In this document: positions 1 to 10,092 of the stretch, one piece after another
Position numbering within the stretch: position 1 is the first letter of the stretch
Layout: each line of letters starts with the position of its first letter
NCBI GenBank assembly: GCA_964057225.1
Contig: OZ059894.1
Coordinates: forward strand, 11,160,001 to 11,224,000
Length of the DNA: 64,000 nt
DNA from: Auanema rhodensis
Lineage: Eukaryota; Animalia; Nematoda
Direction: 5' to 3'
Notes under the pieces: generated by a model
What the model saw: only the letters and a program-made list of their open reading frames with translations
Told to the model about the DNA's origin: nothing
Databases searched by the model: none
Program-made: the position numbers and the translations under genes

Positions 1-1
1 A

Positions 2-3000
2 AGAGAGCTGTGCTGCGGCCCCCAAACATGGGCAAGGCTTTCTTATGTGGCATGCATTAAACTTATCTGCCGCCATTCTTGCATTGCTGCATATAACAGC
101 TGGTTTTATTTGCTCCGTTATCATGTAGTTGTTTGTCTCAGATGTTAAAAAAATTTTGTTGTACAGTTCCGTTGTTGCTTTTGCTGTGACTGACGAAATC
201 TGTAATGATATTCCGTGAAACTCGTATTTTCGGTAGGGCTGTAGCAAAATGTCGTATTTTTGAGTGTTGTTGAGGTATATGATCGTTAATTTTGCTTGCA
301 CTTCTTGCTTCCATTGTATGCATTTGATCTCTTCGTATACTTCTTTGTTCTCTGGTTGATAAGTTGGTCTAAATAAAATGCATCCTTCTATAGGAAGTCC
401 ACAGCTGTTGAATAGTCCTCCTCCGGCTCTGGTGCAGTAGGTTCTTCCAGGATTTTCGTATGCAGAATATAGTTCGGATACAAATGTATCCTGTCGAATA
501 TCATCGCATCCGGTGCCCCAGGGGCAATGAGTTGTACCGGCGCATCTATGAGAGGAGTGAATGGTTAGGTTAGTTATTCTAGTGAATCCTTGCGAAACTT
601 TTTGGCATGAAAATTTATGTTGAATTAATTGAATTTCTAGTTTTCCTATAGTGGAGTTTTGATATTTGATGTAGGAGCAGAGAGAGTTTTGTAAGGGATT
701 GAATGAAATTTCTTCGTTGGTTATTTTGGTGCAGTTTTGTATATCGTCGCAAAAGATTTCTATGTTTTTATGAGCGTTGGGGGATCCACAAGCTTGCGCC
801 TGGCATATGAGAAAAAAGAGTGTGAATAGGAGGGAAGGGATGTACGAAATGGTGGGCTCGTTCTGTCGGCGGTATGTTCTTAGTCTTCTGTAGATTAGAC
901 CACAGCTAATGAATAAAAGAGCGCAGCCAATTAATGGCGTAAGTACTATAAGAATAGCTAAGATTGGATTACAGTGAGGATTGCCTATGATATGTAGGAT
1001 GAATGGCGGTGGGAAGTCACATGGGTGAGGAAGTTTGCATGTTTGATTCTGAGTTGACTCCAAGTTGAAGCGTGAAACGGATGCTGTTTTTGGTAAAACT
1101 GAAATAGGTAGTGGGATTATTTCGGATTGGTGTGCAGAGAGATTATGGCAGCTGGAGTCGATGCATATTGTTGAGTGGTTTGGTTGTGCTGGAAATACCA
1201 CTTGTGATGTTGAACACCTGATTATCGGTTGGGTCATAGCAACTGAAAATATTTGTATTAGCATCAGAAAACGAAAAATGTTCCTTAGCCGGTTCGGATT
1301 GGTTGGTGTGTGTGAAAGATGATTGACAGTTATTTCCTGTGATTCTCTTCCTTTGTCGAAATTGTCCTTGAGCTCGAGTGGGTAGAGTTTTTCAACTGGT
1401 TTCGTGAGTTCTTTGCCGTTTCCTAATTTAATTCTTGCGGATCTGAATATGTTATCCGAAGACGGTAGTAGGGCAGTAATGCGCGCCATTTGCCAGTTGC
1501 ATCTGTTCAGGTTATCTTCTTCCACAAGGACCACCTCATTTAGCGTTGGGTGGTTAGAACTTCTGTGCGTTTGTTTTGTGGATGCGTGGGCATTACGGAG
1601 ACACAGAAGATATTCCTTGGACCACCGATCCCAGAATGATTCCGCTATAATTTCCACTTTCTGCAGATTTTCAAATGCTTCTTTATTCGTTTGTATTGGG
1701 TTTGGTTCATCCAAGGCTTGTCCCAATTGTTCTACGTTACCTCCTGGTACGAGAACGGGGCTGCCGTTATTCAAGAAATCTGCTGGTGTCAGGGGTCGGT
1801 CGTCTACATTATCTGAATTTGTATAGGTGATCGGTCTGGAATTTATTATTCCTTCGATCTTTATAATTGCCGTCGTTAGTTGGTCTTTGTTGACCAATTT
1901 AAGCTGCAATGATTTGTAGAGCGAAGTTTTTACTATCGCAACCAGTCGCTCCCATACTCCTCCAGTCCATGGGGCACTGGGAGTGTTAAAAATCCATGTA
2001 ATGTGGTGTTTTTGTAAAAATTTTGTGAAACTTGTTCTATGTTCACTATCATAAGTTTCTAACATGTTAAGTATCTTAGCCGAGTGAACAAAATTGCTCC
2101 CATTGTCCGAACGGATAACGTCCGGTAATCCTCTGCGAGCTACGAATCTTATAAATGCATTGAGGAATGTATTAGAGGTCATGTCGTTAATTGGTTCGAG
2201 GTGAACTGCTCGAACCGTTAGACATGTAAAGATTACTATATATATTTGTTCACTGTTTCTATATTTAATGGGTCCGATACAGTCTAGCCCCGTATGCTTA
2301 AATGGCATAGCTTTTGTAATTCGATCTTCTGGCAGAGGTGCCAGAAAATCTGTGGTGAATGGGCGACTGAGTATTTTTTGACACGGCACGCACTTTTTTA
2401 TAATTGATTTGCATACCTGCCTTGTTCCTGCCATGAAGAACTTTTGAAGAAATAGGCTGATCAGATGTGTAGTTCCCAGGTGTGCATTTTCTTTATGTAT
2501 GGAAAGCAAAATTAGTTTACCTAAATCAGATTTTTTGGGTAGTAAAAAGGGGTACTTTGTGGATGCAGGCAATTTGGCGTTAAGCAAACGTGTTTGAATT
2601 ATACGTAATCCGTTGTTATCCTTGGTGGTGCGAAATTGCTTTATTTCCGATTGTTTTAATTTTTTCTGGGCCTCTTGTATAAGAAAGAGATCTGCGGTTT
2701 GGGATTGCTGCTTTTCCTTTTGCGCTCGTTGTAGCATGGTTGATGTTGGGGTTTTGTTTATTTTCTGCAATAGTACTAGCGCGGCTTTAAATACCAAACC
2801 TGTGGTCCGTTGTAGTTTGGAGTACGAATTAAATCTTCCTGGTTGTATTATTGACTCGTATGATTGAATATCAGTAGATACGGGTAGAATGAGCATGGGG
2901 GGTTCGTCTTCGTCTATTGGAGCGGTGAGTTCCTTTATTGGTCTGTTGTCCATTTGTGATAGCCATGGTGGAGAAAACAACCAGCGTTCCTTTAACAGAT

Positions 3001-6000
3001 TTTGGTCTGTTGTCCCTCTAGTTCCAATGTCTGCTGGATTATGGTCGGTATCAACATAGTGGAAGTGTAGTGAAGCTTTTTGAGCTTCCAACCTTCTTCC
3101 TATTTCTTCAATGTTTTGCCGCATATTACTGATAAAAACGGGGACACTTTTTTTCGTTATAAGCCAAGATAGAGCTATTTGGCTATCTGACGCAATGTTA
3201 ATTGCCAGATTCGGCTCGTTCAAATTATTGTATATTGTTTCCGCGATTTTCATTCCCATAAAAATTGCGGATAGTTCTAAGCGCGGGATGGTCAAAGTCC
3301 TATTTTTGGGGGCTAATTTTACTTTCCCCATTATGATTGGAGCTCTTTCTGTGCTGGTAGTTAAATAGGCGCATGCTGCAATAGCTTTTGTGCTTGCGTC
3401 TACAAAAACCCACAGTTCTTTCTTGTCTCTTTTGCTAGATAATTCCCGCGGAACTTCAATGTTGAACGGCCCTATCTTTGTGCTGGCTTTGTTCCAATCG
3501 GCGACGAGATCCTCGGGGACTTGCTCCTTCCAATCGACATTGCTGTTCATTACTTGTCTTAAAATAATTTTATATGGAAGTAGGAGCGGTGCCGCTAGTC
3601 CTATGGGGTCATATATGCTGTGTAAACTACTCAGCATATCTCGTTTAGTAAAAGACTGTTGCATACGCATTTGTCCTGTTAATACAAACGAATCTTTACT
3701 GGCGTTATATAGTACACCTAGTATTTTGGGATTTTTATCTGGGTGGTGATCTATCGCCGGAATTTCGTTGTTAAAATGGGATGAGTTACTAAAGTATTCT
3801 CTAACATTCATCGAAATTTGAGAGAATATTTTCTTTGAATCTTTATATAAATCGGTTAGTTCTTTTTGATCATTGGTTGTATAAAAAATATTATCTACAT
3901 AAAGATATCTTAGGGTTTTTTCTACAAATGGTGAGGTGTGGCTATTCAAATACGCGTGTAACGACATGTTTAATACAGCGGGGCTTGCCGTAATGCCAAA
4001 AGCTAACCTATTAAATCGAAATTCTATTATATTGTTTGGTGTAGGCGGCTTATTGACATCTTTCAACCAAAGAAAGCGACAGAGATCTTTACAATCATTA
4101 GCTATGCGTATTTGTGTGAAAGCACCTTCAATATCACACATCAGAAAATACGATTTGGTACGAATACCTATCAAGATATCGAGAATTTTGTTGGTGAAGC
4201 TCTCACCTGTTGAGGTTATGTCATTTAGAGAGAGTTGTCCTTTTTGTTTAGCAGATGCGTTAAAGACTACGCGAAGAGGCTTGGTTTTTTGGGGTTTCCA
4301 CACACCGCGATGTGGCATATAATAAGTTCTGGTCGCCTCAACATCTGCCGGGACTAACTCTATTACGTTTTCTTTTAAATATTGTGAGAACGTTTCTTGA
4401 TAGTATTTTTGTTGATTGGGGTCTTTTTGTAAGGATATTTGAAGACGATTAAGTGTTGCCAAAGCAAGATTACGGTTTGATTGAATATTTATGGCGTTTT
4501 TCTTTAGTGGGAGAGGGGCGGTTATGTAGCCGTTATCAAACGTAAGTAAAGTAGAATATTCGTTATAGAATAGTTCTGATTTGTTCAAAGCTCCTTCATG
4601 TGGAGCAATGCCCAAACTATCTATTTCGAATAATTGTTTAATCATAACTTCCTCCGGTATTTGAGGGTTTATGATTAAGGAATGGACGGCTATGGATTCA
4701 TGGGTATTATTTGTTTTTCCATAAATACAGGGACCAAAGTGGGTGTGTTTAATTTTTAGACCCGATGGTAATGAAATGGATGGCTCTTCAGTTATTACTG
4801 AATCATACCAATCCATACCTAACAAAATGTCGGGTGAGAATGTTTCCCCATTAATGAATTGATTGGTGACGGAAATTTTGGTTTTTTCAAGAAATTCTCT
4901 ATCCCGGATTTGTAGAGAACAGCATTTTAGGTTTCCGGTGAGTGGTTTTGGGGATGTTAGCAAAATTAGTTTAATTATTTTTCCATATGGGGTTTGCAAA
5001 ATAGCTTCGACTGTTTTTGTTTCAAAAGTTTCTTTATTGCCCGAAAATCCGGTTGCTGTAATGTTTTGTGTTGCTAAGGTATTCAAGTTGCATGTCTCAG
5101 CTGTCTTTTGATGGATGAAGCTTTGAGTTGCTCCGGGGTCAAGAAATATGGTTTTAGTATGATAAGTGTTTGTTAAAGGATTTAAGAGAGAGATTTGAGA
5201 AGTCATGAGGTAAGCGGGAGAAGGATGGAAAGATTTAGATATAGTGGTGCAATTCATGGACGGCTTAGTAATTTTGATGGTTGGCTTAGGTAGGCATAAA
5301 GTATAATTATGCTCTTTTTTGCAGTTTCGGCAACTTTCGAATTTGCACTTACTGCTTGAGTGTGTTGGACTAAAGCAAATCCAACACCTATTTTTTCTCT
5401 TTATAATCTCTCTTCGTTCTTGGGGGGTGGTTATCGTGGGGCATTTTGTAGGGCGATGACCCTGCTTATCGCAAAAAACGCAGGGTCGTTCTGATTTTTC
5501 TGAGGATTTGATGGGTTTTGAGAAAAAGGGCTGAGTTTGGTCTCGATACTGAGGTTCGGATCGTTCTCGTCTTAAATAAGCCGAGGTTTCCTTTGAGTAT
5601 GCTATACCCTCTATGTCCTTCAGAATTTGACTTATAGTATTTTCGCCGGGCGATCGCCAACAGCGCATATCTATAATTTCTTCAGGAAATTTCTCAGATA
5701 TCTCTGTGACCCAAGCTGGGTCTTCAGTATTGTATATATATTGAGATCTTGCTCTGTCGAGTTGGTCGAGCAAAGCTCGAATCTCATTAACTCGGGATCT
5801 CAAAGAGGTGGGGTCGGATTTTGCGACAGGTAATCTCCTGATATTACGGTATATGCGAAAGTCAACCGCTAATATCGGTTGATATGTGTTTCGTAAGGTT
5901 TCGATTATTTGGTGATAAAATTCGCCGTTTAAAGGCTTATTCTCGAGATGAACCCTGGCAGGTCCTTGTAGGGCTTCTGCCAAAAAAATGTTTTTCTGTT

Positions 6001-6499
6001 GTATATTTAGGCTAGGTTCATTGTGAATGAGGGTTTTGAATTGGTTCCAAAAGAGTGGAAATGTTAAGGAGTCTCCGTTAAATGTGGGAATCGAAAGTTG
6101 AGGTGTTTTAACGGAGAGACCAAAGCTAGTTCGCGTTGGTCTTTTATTCCGATCCGACTCTTGGTCGTCTTCGGAATCGGGGAGGGGTTGTTTTTTAGCT
6201 GTTTTGGTTTCTAGTTCCAAAATCAGGATGTTCGCTCTTGTTACTGTGTCAGCATGAAGCGTGGTTACCTCGTTTATTCTTCTGTTCAATTCAGAAAACG
6301 TAGGTTCGGGGAGAAGAGAAGCAAGAGTAGCGAGAGATGATTCTTCAGACCTAAGTTGTGTGAGAGATGTGTGTAGGCGTAGAAGCGAAATGTTTTCTTG
6401 GTTCTCGGTTTTAGTTTTTATGAGTAGTTTGGCTAGTTGCTCAAATTTGTCTGCGAAATTGTGGAGTTTTTCATTGAAAACTTCTTCAGTACGGTCCAT
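2..6499 (-). CDS. Gag-Pol-Env polyprotein (partial, open at window start, at least about 2165 codons)
   Basis: Manual translation from ATG 6499: IPTFNGDSLTFPLFWNQF (Pao Gag), three Cys/His knuckles, FLDPGATQSFI protease, YLYVDN RT, FVDAS RNase H, SDNGSNF and APWTGGVWERLV integrase, then a Cys-rich env. Start, RT and env were checked to be in the same frame. Absence from the ORF track fits there being no stop inside the window. Confidence 0.88.
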   Translation of the reverse strand, partial: MDRTEEVFNEKLHNFADKFEQLAKLLIKTKTENQENISLLRLHTSLTQLRSEESSLATLASLLPEPTFSELNRRINEVTTLHADTVTRANILILELETKTAKKQPLPDSEDDQESDRNKRPTRTSFGLSVKTPQLSIPTFNGDSLTFPLFWNQFKTLIHNEPSLNIQQKNIFLAEALQGPARVHLENKPLNGEFYHQIIETLRNTYQPILAVDFRIYRNIRRLPVAKSDPTSLRSRVNEIRALLDQLDRARSQYIYNTEDPAWVTEISEKFPEEIIDMRCWRSPGENTISQILKDIEGIAYSKETSAYLRRERSEPQYRDQTQPFFSKPIKSSEKSERPCVFCDKQGHRPTKCPTITTPQERREIIKRKNRCWICFSPTHSSSKCKFESCRNCKKEHNYTLCLPKPTIKITKPSMNCTTISKSFHPSPAYLMTSQISLLNPLTNTYHTKTIFLDPGATQSFIHQKTAETCNLNTLATQNITATGFSGNKETFETKTVEAILQTPYGKIIKLILLTSPKPLTGNLKCCSLQIRDREFLEKTKISVTNQFINGETFSPDILLGMDWYDSVITEEPSISLPSGLKIKHTHFGPCIYGKTNNTHESIAVHSLIINPQIPEEVMIKQLFEIDSLGIAPHEGALNKSELFYNEYSTLLTFDNGYITAPLPLKKNAINIQSNRNLALATLNRLQISLQKDPNQQKYYQETFSQYLKENVIELVPADVEATRTYYMPHRGVWKPQKTKPLRVVFNASAKQKGQLSLNDITSTGESFTNKILDILIGIRTKSYFLMCDIEGAFTQIRIANDCKDLCRFLWLKDVNKPPTPNNIIEFRFNRLAFGITASPAVLNMSLHAYLNSHTSPFVEKTLRYLYVDNIFYTTNDQKELTDLYKDSKKIFSQISMNVREYFSNSSHFNNEIPAIDHHPDKNPKILGVLYNASKDSFVLTGQMRMQQSFTKRDMLSSLHSIYDPIGLAAPLLLPYKIILRQVMNSNVDWKEQVPEDLVADWNKASTKIGPFNIEVPRELSSKRDKKELWVFVDASTKAIAACAYLTTSTERAPIIMGKVKLAPKNRTLTIPRLELSAIFMGMKIAETIYNNLNEPNLAINIASDSQIALSWLITKKSVPVFISNMRQNIEEIGRRLEAQKASLHFHYVDTDHNPADIGTRGTTDQNLLKERWLFSPPWLSQMDNRPIKELTAPIDEDEPPMLILPVSTDIQSYESIIQPGRFNSYSKLQRTTGLVFKAALVLLQKINKTPTSTMLQRAQKEKQQSQTADLFLIQEAQKKLKQSEIKQFRTTKDNNGLRIIQTRLLNAKLPASTKYPFLLPKKSDLGKLILLSIHKENAHLGTTHLISLFLQKFFMAGTRQVCKSIIKKCVPCQKILSRPFTTDFLAPLPEDRITKAMPFKHTGLDCIGPIKYRNSEQIYIVIFTCLTVRAVHLEPINDMTSNTFLNAFIRFVARRGLPDVIRSDNGSNFVHSAKILNMLETYDSEHRTSFTKFLQKHHITWIFNTPSAPWTGGVWERLVAIVKTSLYKSLQLKLVNKDQLTTAIIKIEGIINSRPITYTNSDNVDDRPLTPADFLNNGSPVLVPGGNVEQLGQALDEPNPIQTNKEAFENLQKVEIIAESFWDRWSKEYLLCLRNAHASTKQTHRSSNHPTLNEVVLVEEDNLNRCNWQMARITALLPSSDNIFRSARIKLGNGKELTKPVEKLYPLELKDNFDKGRESQEITVNHLSHTPTNPNRLRNIFRFLMLIQIFSVAMTQPIIRCSTSQVVFPAQPNHSTICIDSSCHNLSAHQSEIIPLPISVLPKTASVSRFNLESTQNQTCKLPHPCDFPPPFILHIIGNPHCNPILAILIVLTPLIGCALLFISCGLIYRRLRTYRRQNEPTISYIPSLLFTLFFLICQAQACGSPNAHKNIEIFCDDIQNCTKITNEEISFNPLQNSLCSYIKYQNSTIGKLEIQLIQHKFSCQKVSQGFTRITNLTIHSSHRCAGTTHCPWGTGCDDIRQDTFVSELYSAYENPGRTYCTRAGGGLFNSCGLPIEGCILFRPTYQPENKEVYEEIKCIQWKQEVQAKLTIIYLNNTQKYDILLQPYRKYEFHGISLQISSVTAKATTELYNKIFLTSETNNYMITEQIKPAVICSNARMAADKFNACHIRKPCPCLGAAAQLS

Positions 6500-6751
6500 T
6501 GCTACCGTTTTTTGATTTTTTGATGCAAAATGTATGACTTTTGAATTTCTTAGTTGAATTGTTGCAAAATGTGTTGGTAACTTTTTTGATTTTGAGATTG
6601 AGATAGAGATAGAGATTCAGATGAGATGAGATGAAGCAAAGAAGTTTAAAGAATGTGATGATGAAGAAAAGTAAACAAAGGAACTGAGAAATAAAAAGTG
6701 AGAATAGAAATTAATACAAAAAGGTTTCTAACAATTGATACCTGATTTGGA

Positions 6752-6761
6752 CGATGCACCA
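6752..6761 (-). promoter_or_regulatory. Primer-binding site, tRNA-Gly-like
   Basis: TGGTGCATCG is complementary to the ...CGATGCACCA 3' end of eukaryotic tRNA-Gly(GCC). Confidence 0.75.
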
Positions 6762-6764
6762 ATT

Positions 6765-7203
6765 TGGACTATGAATCCAAGAGTTATTCCAGGGGAATAG
6801 CTGTAGTATTACTCGTTCGACGTGATACAGGAGTTAATACCGTTTAGGAGTATTAACGAAGGTTGATACTCGAAGAGAATATTATCAGGGTTGAACTTCG
6901 CAGATTTGGGTTTAAAAGGTTTATTAAATAAAGATGGTACAGTGGTAGAAAAGTTAGATATTAAAGTGAAGGTTTCTTGGGTTTATATATGATTTAGCTT
7001 AAGGGTGATATTTGATATTTGAATAGAAAGGTCACGTTAATGTAAACTATAGAGGTGATAAAAGTTCAACATCCTTTGAGAATGTTGCGCAATAGGTTAA
7101 TGATACAATTATTCGGTTAATAGATAATGGTTTAGTATTTCAGAAGAGTTATGTTTATATTGTAAATCATTATATTTTGTTAATAGTCAGGCATTTGCCG
7201 ACA
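6765..7203 (-). repeat. 5' LTR of the BEL/Pao element (about 439 bp)
   Basis: TG...CA ends, TATA-like ATATATAAA near 6985, AATAAA near 6922, followed after 3 nt by the PBS. The second LTR is outside the window, so the inner end is inferred. Confidence 0.7.
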
Positions 7204-7217
7204 GTATGGTCGTAAGC
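7204..7217 (-). pseudogene. 5S rRNA 5' fragment (nt 1-14) interrupted by the LTR element
   Basis: GCTTACGACCATAC with the normal 5S upstream flank, then the LTR TG. Confidence 0.9.
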
Positions 7218-7359
7218 AATGTCATATTCTTCATTATCAGTTATATCACTCTAAATCTTGTTGTTAATAGATACGACCACAAAGAAAACAACAGGAACAG
7301 TAACAATAACAAAAAAAATTTTTTTTTCACCTATGTGTCTAAAGGTTAGCCATGTATCC

Positions 7360-7362
<3 letters not shown>

Positions 7363-7411
<49 letters not shown>

Positions 7412-7445
7412 CTGTTGATATATATATATATATATATATATATAT
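7363..7445. repeat. (TA)n microsatellite, present with variable length in most units
   Basis: Direct reading. This copy is interrupted by TACTGTTGA, an inverted copy of the flank TCAACAGTA. Confidence 0.9.
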
Positions 7446-8260
7446 CAACAGTAAAAAGTCCAATCAAGAGAGAAATTTTTTCAACACATAGTTGTTTTTT
7501 TTTAAATATCATTGTTTTTCCTCATAACTCGGTTTAAACTCGTTCTAACCCGTTGAAATACGTCTAGAAAGTCTTTATAACATGCATATGTATGATAGAA
7601 CTTCATATTTATTGTAATAGAAAATTTTATTTTCAGACGTCTTGGTTAACAATGATATGTTTTACCCCCTTATAATTTTTATCATAATGTTCCTTATACG
7701 GAACGCTCAATGAAACTTGCTTCCAGAAAAATTTCTTTCTATTTTTTCTTCATATGTACGTAGATACTATAGAGAACTATGATAGAAAACTTTAACATTC
7801 ACGAAATCATCATTTCTCATTACGCTACGGAGGTTTAAAAAGCTGTGTTTTACCTTATAATAGACCGGAAAACCCTTGTGTTAAAACTGGACCGTTTTTA
7901 CACATATAAAAATGTCCCGTATTCGGGACCCTAATGTAACTTTTGATTCCCTATATTTTTTTTCATGAAATTTACAATCTACTGTAGAAAGAAGAATTAT
8001 TTTTATAAAAACTGTAAATTTTTGAAAAATGAAAACAAAACGAAAACAAAAACAACTTTTTTTTGAACATTTTCTCACACAAGGGTCCCCCCTTACCTAC
8101 TTTTTTTCTCATTACTCGTTTCAACCTCATCCGATCACTCTGCAAACATGTTTAATCGTTCTAACTTGTTGAAATACGTCTTAAAAGTCTAAACAACATG
8201 CATATGCATAATAGAAACCACCCGAATAGGCCCCCACGCACTAAACGAGATATATACATT

Positions 8261-8350
8261 ACCAGTATAGTAATAGAACACATATTGAAGATTAATTCGA
8301 TAAGAACAATTTATTGACGTAGAGAATGTTTGTTCCGAAAAACTACAATA
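8261..8350 (-). pseudogene. Degenerate U2 nt 39-79 fragment (8271-8311) flanked by relic ends of a non-autonomous element; fixed in the array unit
   Basis: 36/41 identity to U2 nt 39-79. Right flank is 32/38 identical to the family B 3' end; left flank ACCAGTATAG equals the family B 5' end. Repeated at 11081, 15409, 24684, 26822, 29285, 34218, 46465, 53570, 56415, 61508. Confidence 0.85.
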
Positions 8351-8628
8351 TTAAACTATAAAAGTAACAAAAGCGTAGAGGCAGCAAAGACATGAATAAA
8401 CATAAATGTAAATACAGAATTACCAGGTAGTACATAAGTATGACAAAAAATTATAAGAAAGCCATGAAAATAGAAGGTTTGTGAACAAATGAGAGGTACA
8501 TCTTTGATCGTATAGTCATTTCTAAACCGTTCGTATGCTGCAGCATCGTCATAAGCGTCACTCAAGTTGAATTTCCATGTGTACTACACGATTTTCATTC
8601 TTATTGTTACATTCTTTCCCTGAGGGAA

Positions 8629-8812
8629 TGGGCCGTTCCCGCCAGCAGTGCAAGAGCGGGTCGACCCGTGAGGTGGAGCTAGCAAGCCAGCATCTACCTC
8701 AAGTCTCAAAAATCGGTTAACCTTATTGTGAACCAATGGAACACATATCGAAGGTTAATTCGATAAGAACGATTACTACACTTTGATCTTAGCCAAAAGG
8801 CCGAGAAGCGAT
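8629..8812 (-). ncRNA. U2: U2 snRNA, intact
   Basis: ATCGCTTCTCGGCCTTTTGGCTAAGATCAAAGTGTAGTA 5' end, Sm site GATTTTTGA, stem-loop IV TTGCAC. 3' end approximate. Confidence 0.97.
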
Positions 8813-9254
8813 ACAGCATAGCCATGAGTATCAAAGACATCAAGCAAATGTATCGTACTTGTTACGAGTGCACTCTCTCATTTGAATATAAAAGTGTGGT
8901 TTGACAATCTTGACTGTACAGGTCATAAATGGCTCATATAAACTGTGGATTTACTCAACTTTTGGACTTATTTTTTTCTTATTCGAAGCGCTGCACTTTT
9001 TTCTATTCTTTTTATTCAAATACTTGTATATAGTTTTATATGTACGGTTGCAAAGTTTCCGAATATTTTATATATTTTTATACAATAATTAGGAGAAGGT
9101 TAATACAATGAAATCTCCCAACTTTACAGTGTTTGTATTGCTTACAGTATCTAGAACAACCACTCTTGTAATATTAGAGCACATATCAATCAACAACTTT
9201 TTCTAGTTATCAAAGCTTTTTTATTTCTTCAAGATATTTCAAATAAAATATAAA

Positions 9255-9373
9255 AGCTTACGACACCCGGGATTCCCAAGCCGTCTCCGATCCAAGTACT
9301 AACCGGGCCCAACGTTGCTTGACTTGCCAGATCGGACGGGATGGCGTACTTTCAACGTGGTATGGTCGTAAGC
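9255..9373 (-). rRNA. 5S rRNA
   Basis: 119 nt GCTTACGACCATAC...GTCGTAAGCT followed by a T-run terminator; nematode-like sequence. Confidence 0.97.
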
Positions 9374-9613
9374 AATGTTATATTCTTCATTATCAGTTAT
9401 ATCACTCTAAATCTTGTTGTTAATAGTTAGGACCACAAAGAAAACAACAGGAACAGTAACAAATGAAATGCCCAAACTTTACAGTGTTCGAGTTATTTAC
9501 AGTATCTAAGACTACCTCTGTCGTGTTATTAGAGCAAACATTCGATTAACAACAACTTTTTCTAGTTATCAAAGCTTTTTTATTTCTTCAAGATATTTCA
9601 AATAAAATATAAA

Positions 9614-9732
9614 AGCTTACGACACCCGGGATTCCCAAGCCGTCTCCGATCCAAGTACTAACCGGGCCCAACGTTGCTTGACTTGCCAGATCGGACGGGA
9701 TGGCGTACTTTCAACGTGGTATGGTCGTAAGC
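9614..9732 (-). rRNA. 5S rRNA
   Basis: Same sequence as the first copy. Confidence 0.97.
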
Positions 9733-9973
9733 AATGTTATATTCTTCATTATCAGTTATATCACTCTAAATCTTGTTGTTAATAGTTAGGACCACAAAGA
9801 AAACAACAGGAACAGTAACAAATGAAATGCCCAAACTTTACAGTGTTCGAGTTATTTACAGTATCTAAGACTACCTCTGTCGTGTTATTAGAGCAAACAT
9901 TCGATTAACAACAACTTTTTTTTAGTTATCAAAGCTTTTTTATTTCTTCAAAAAATTTCAAATAAAATATAAA

Positions 9974-10092
9974 AGCTTACGACACCCGGGATTCCCAAGC
10001 CGTCTCCGATCCAAGTACTAACCGGGCCCAACGTTGCTTGACTTGCCAGATCGGACGGGATGGCGTACTTTCAACGTGGTATGGTCGTAAGC
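9974..10092 (-). rRNA. 5S rRNA
   Basis: Same sequence as the first copy. Confidence 0.97.

Larger units (their letters stand above)
1..7203 (-). mobile_element. BEL/Pao (Belpaoviridae, Cer-like) LTR retrotransposon with env-like region; 3' part runs off the window; inserted into a 5S rRNA gene
   Basis: Gag-PR-RT-RH-IN-env motifs on the - strand. LTR begins TGTCGG at 7203, directly abutting 5S nt 1-14. PBS at 6752-6761. Confidence 0.93.

Noticed and set aside
1065-6515. Short plus-strand ORFs in the track
   Set aside because: Antisense to the long BEL/Pao polyprotein frame.
8813-8900. Specific PSE promoter element upstream of U2
   Set aside because: Expected there, but no consensus could be recognised without other snRNA genes for comparison.
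7881-9092. Repeated 63-69 aa ORFs in every unit (MRKCSKK, MSDAYDD, MTILTVQ)
   Set aside because: Low-complexity products of AT-rich spacer, mostly with non-ATG starts; they recur only because the unit is repeated.
9255-10092. CRISPR-like regular repeats
   Set aside because: These are 5S genes with near-identical spacers in eukaryotic DNA; no cas genes.
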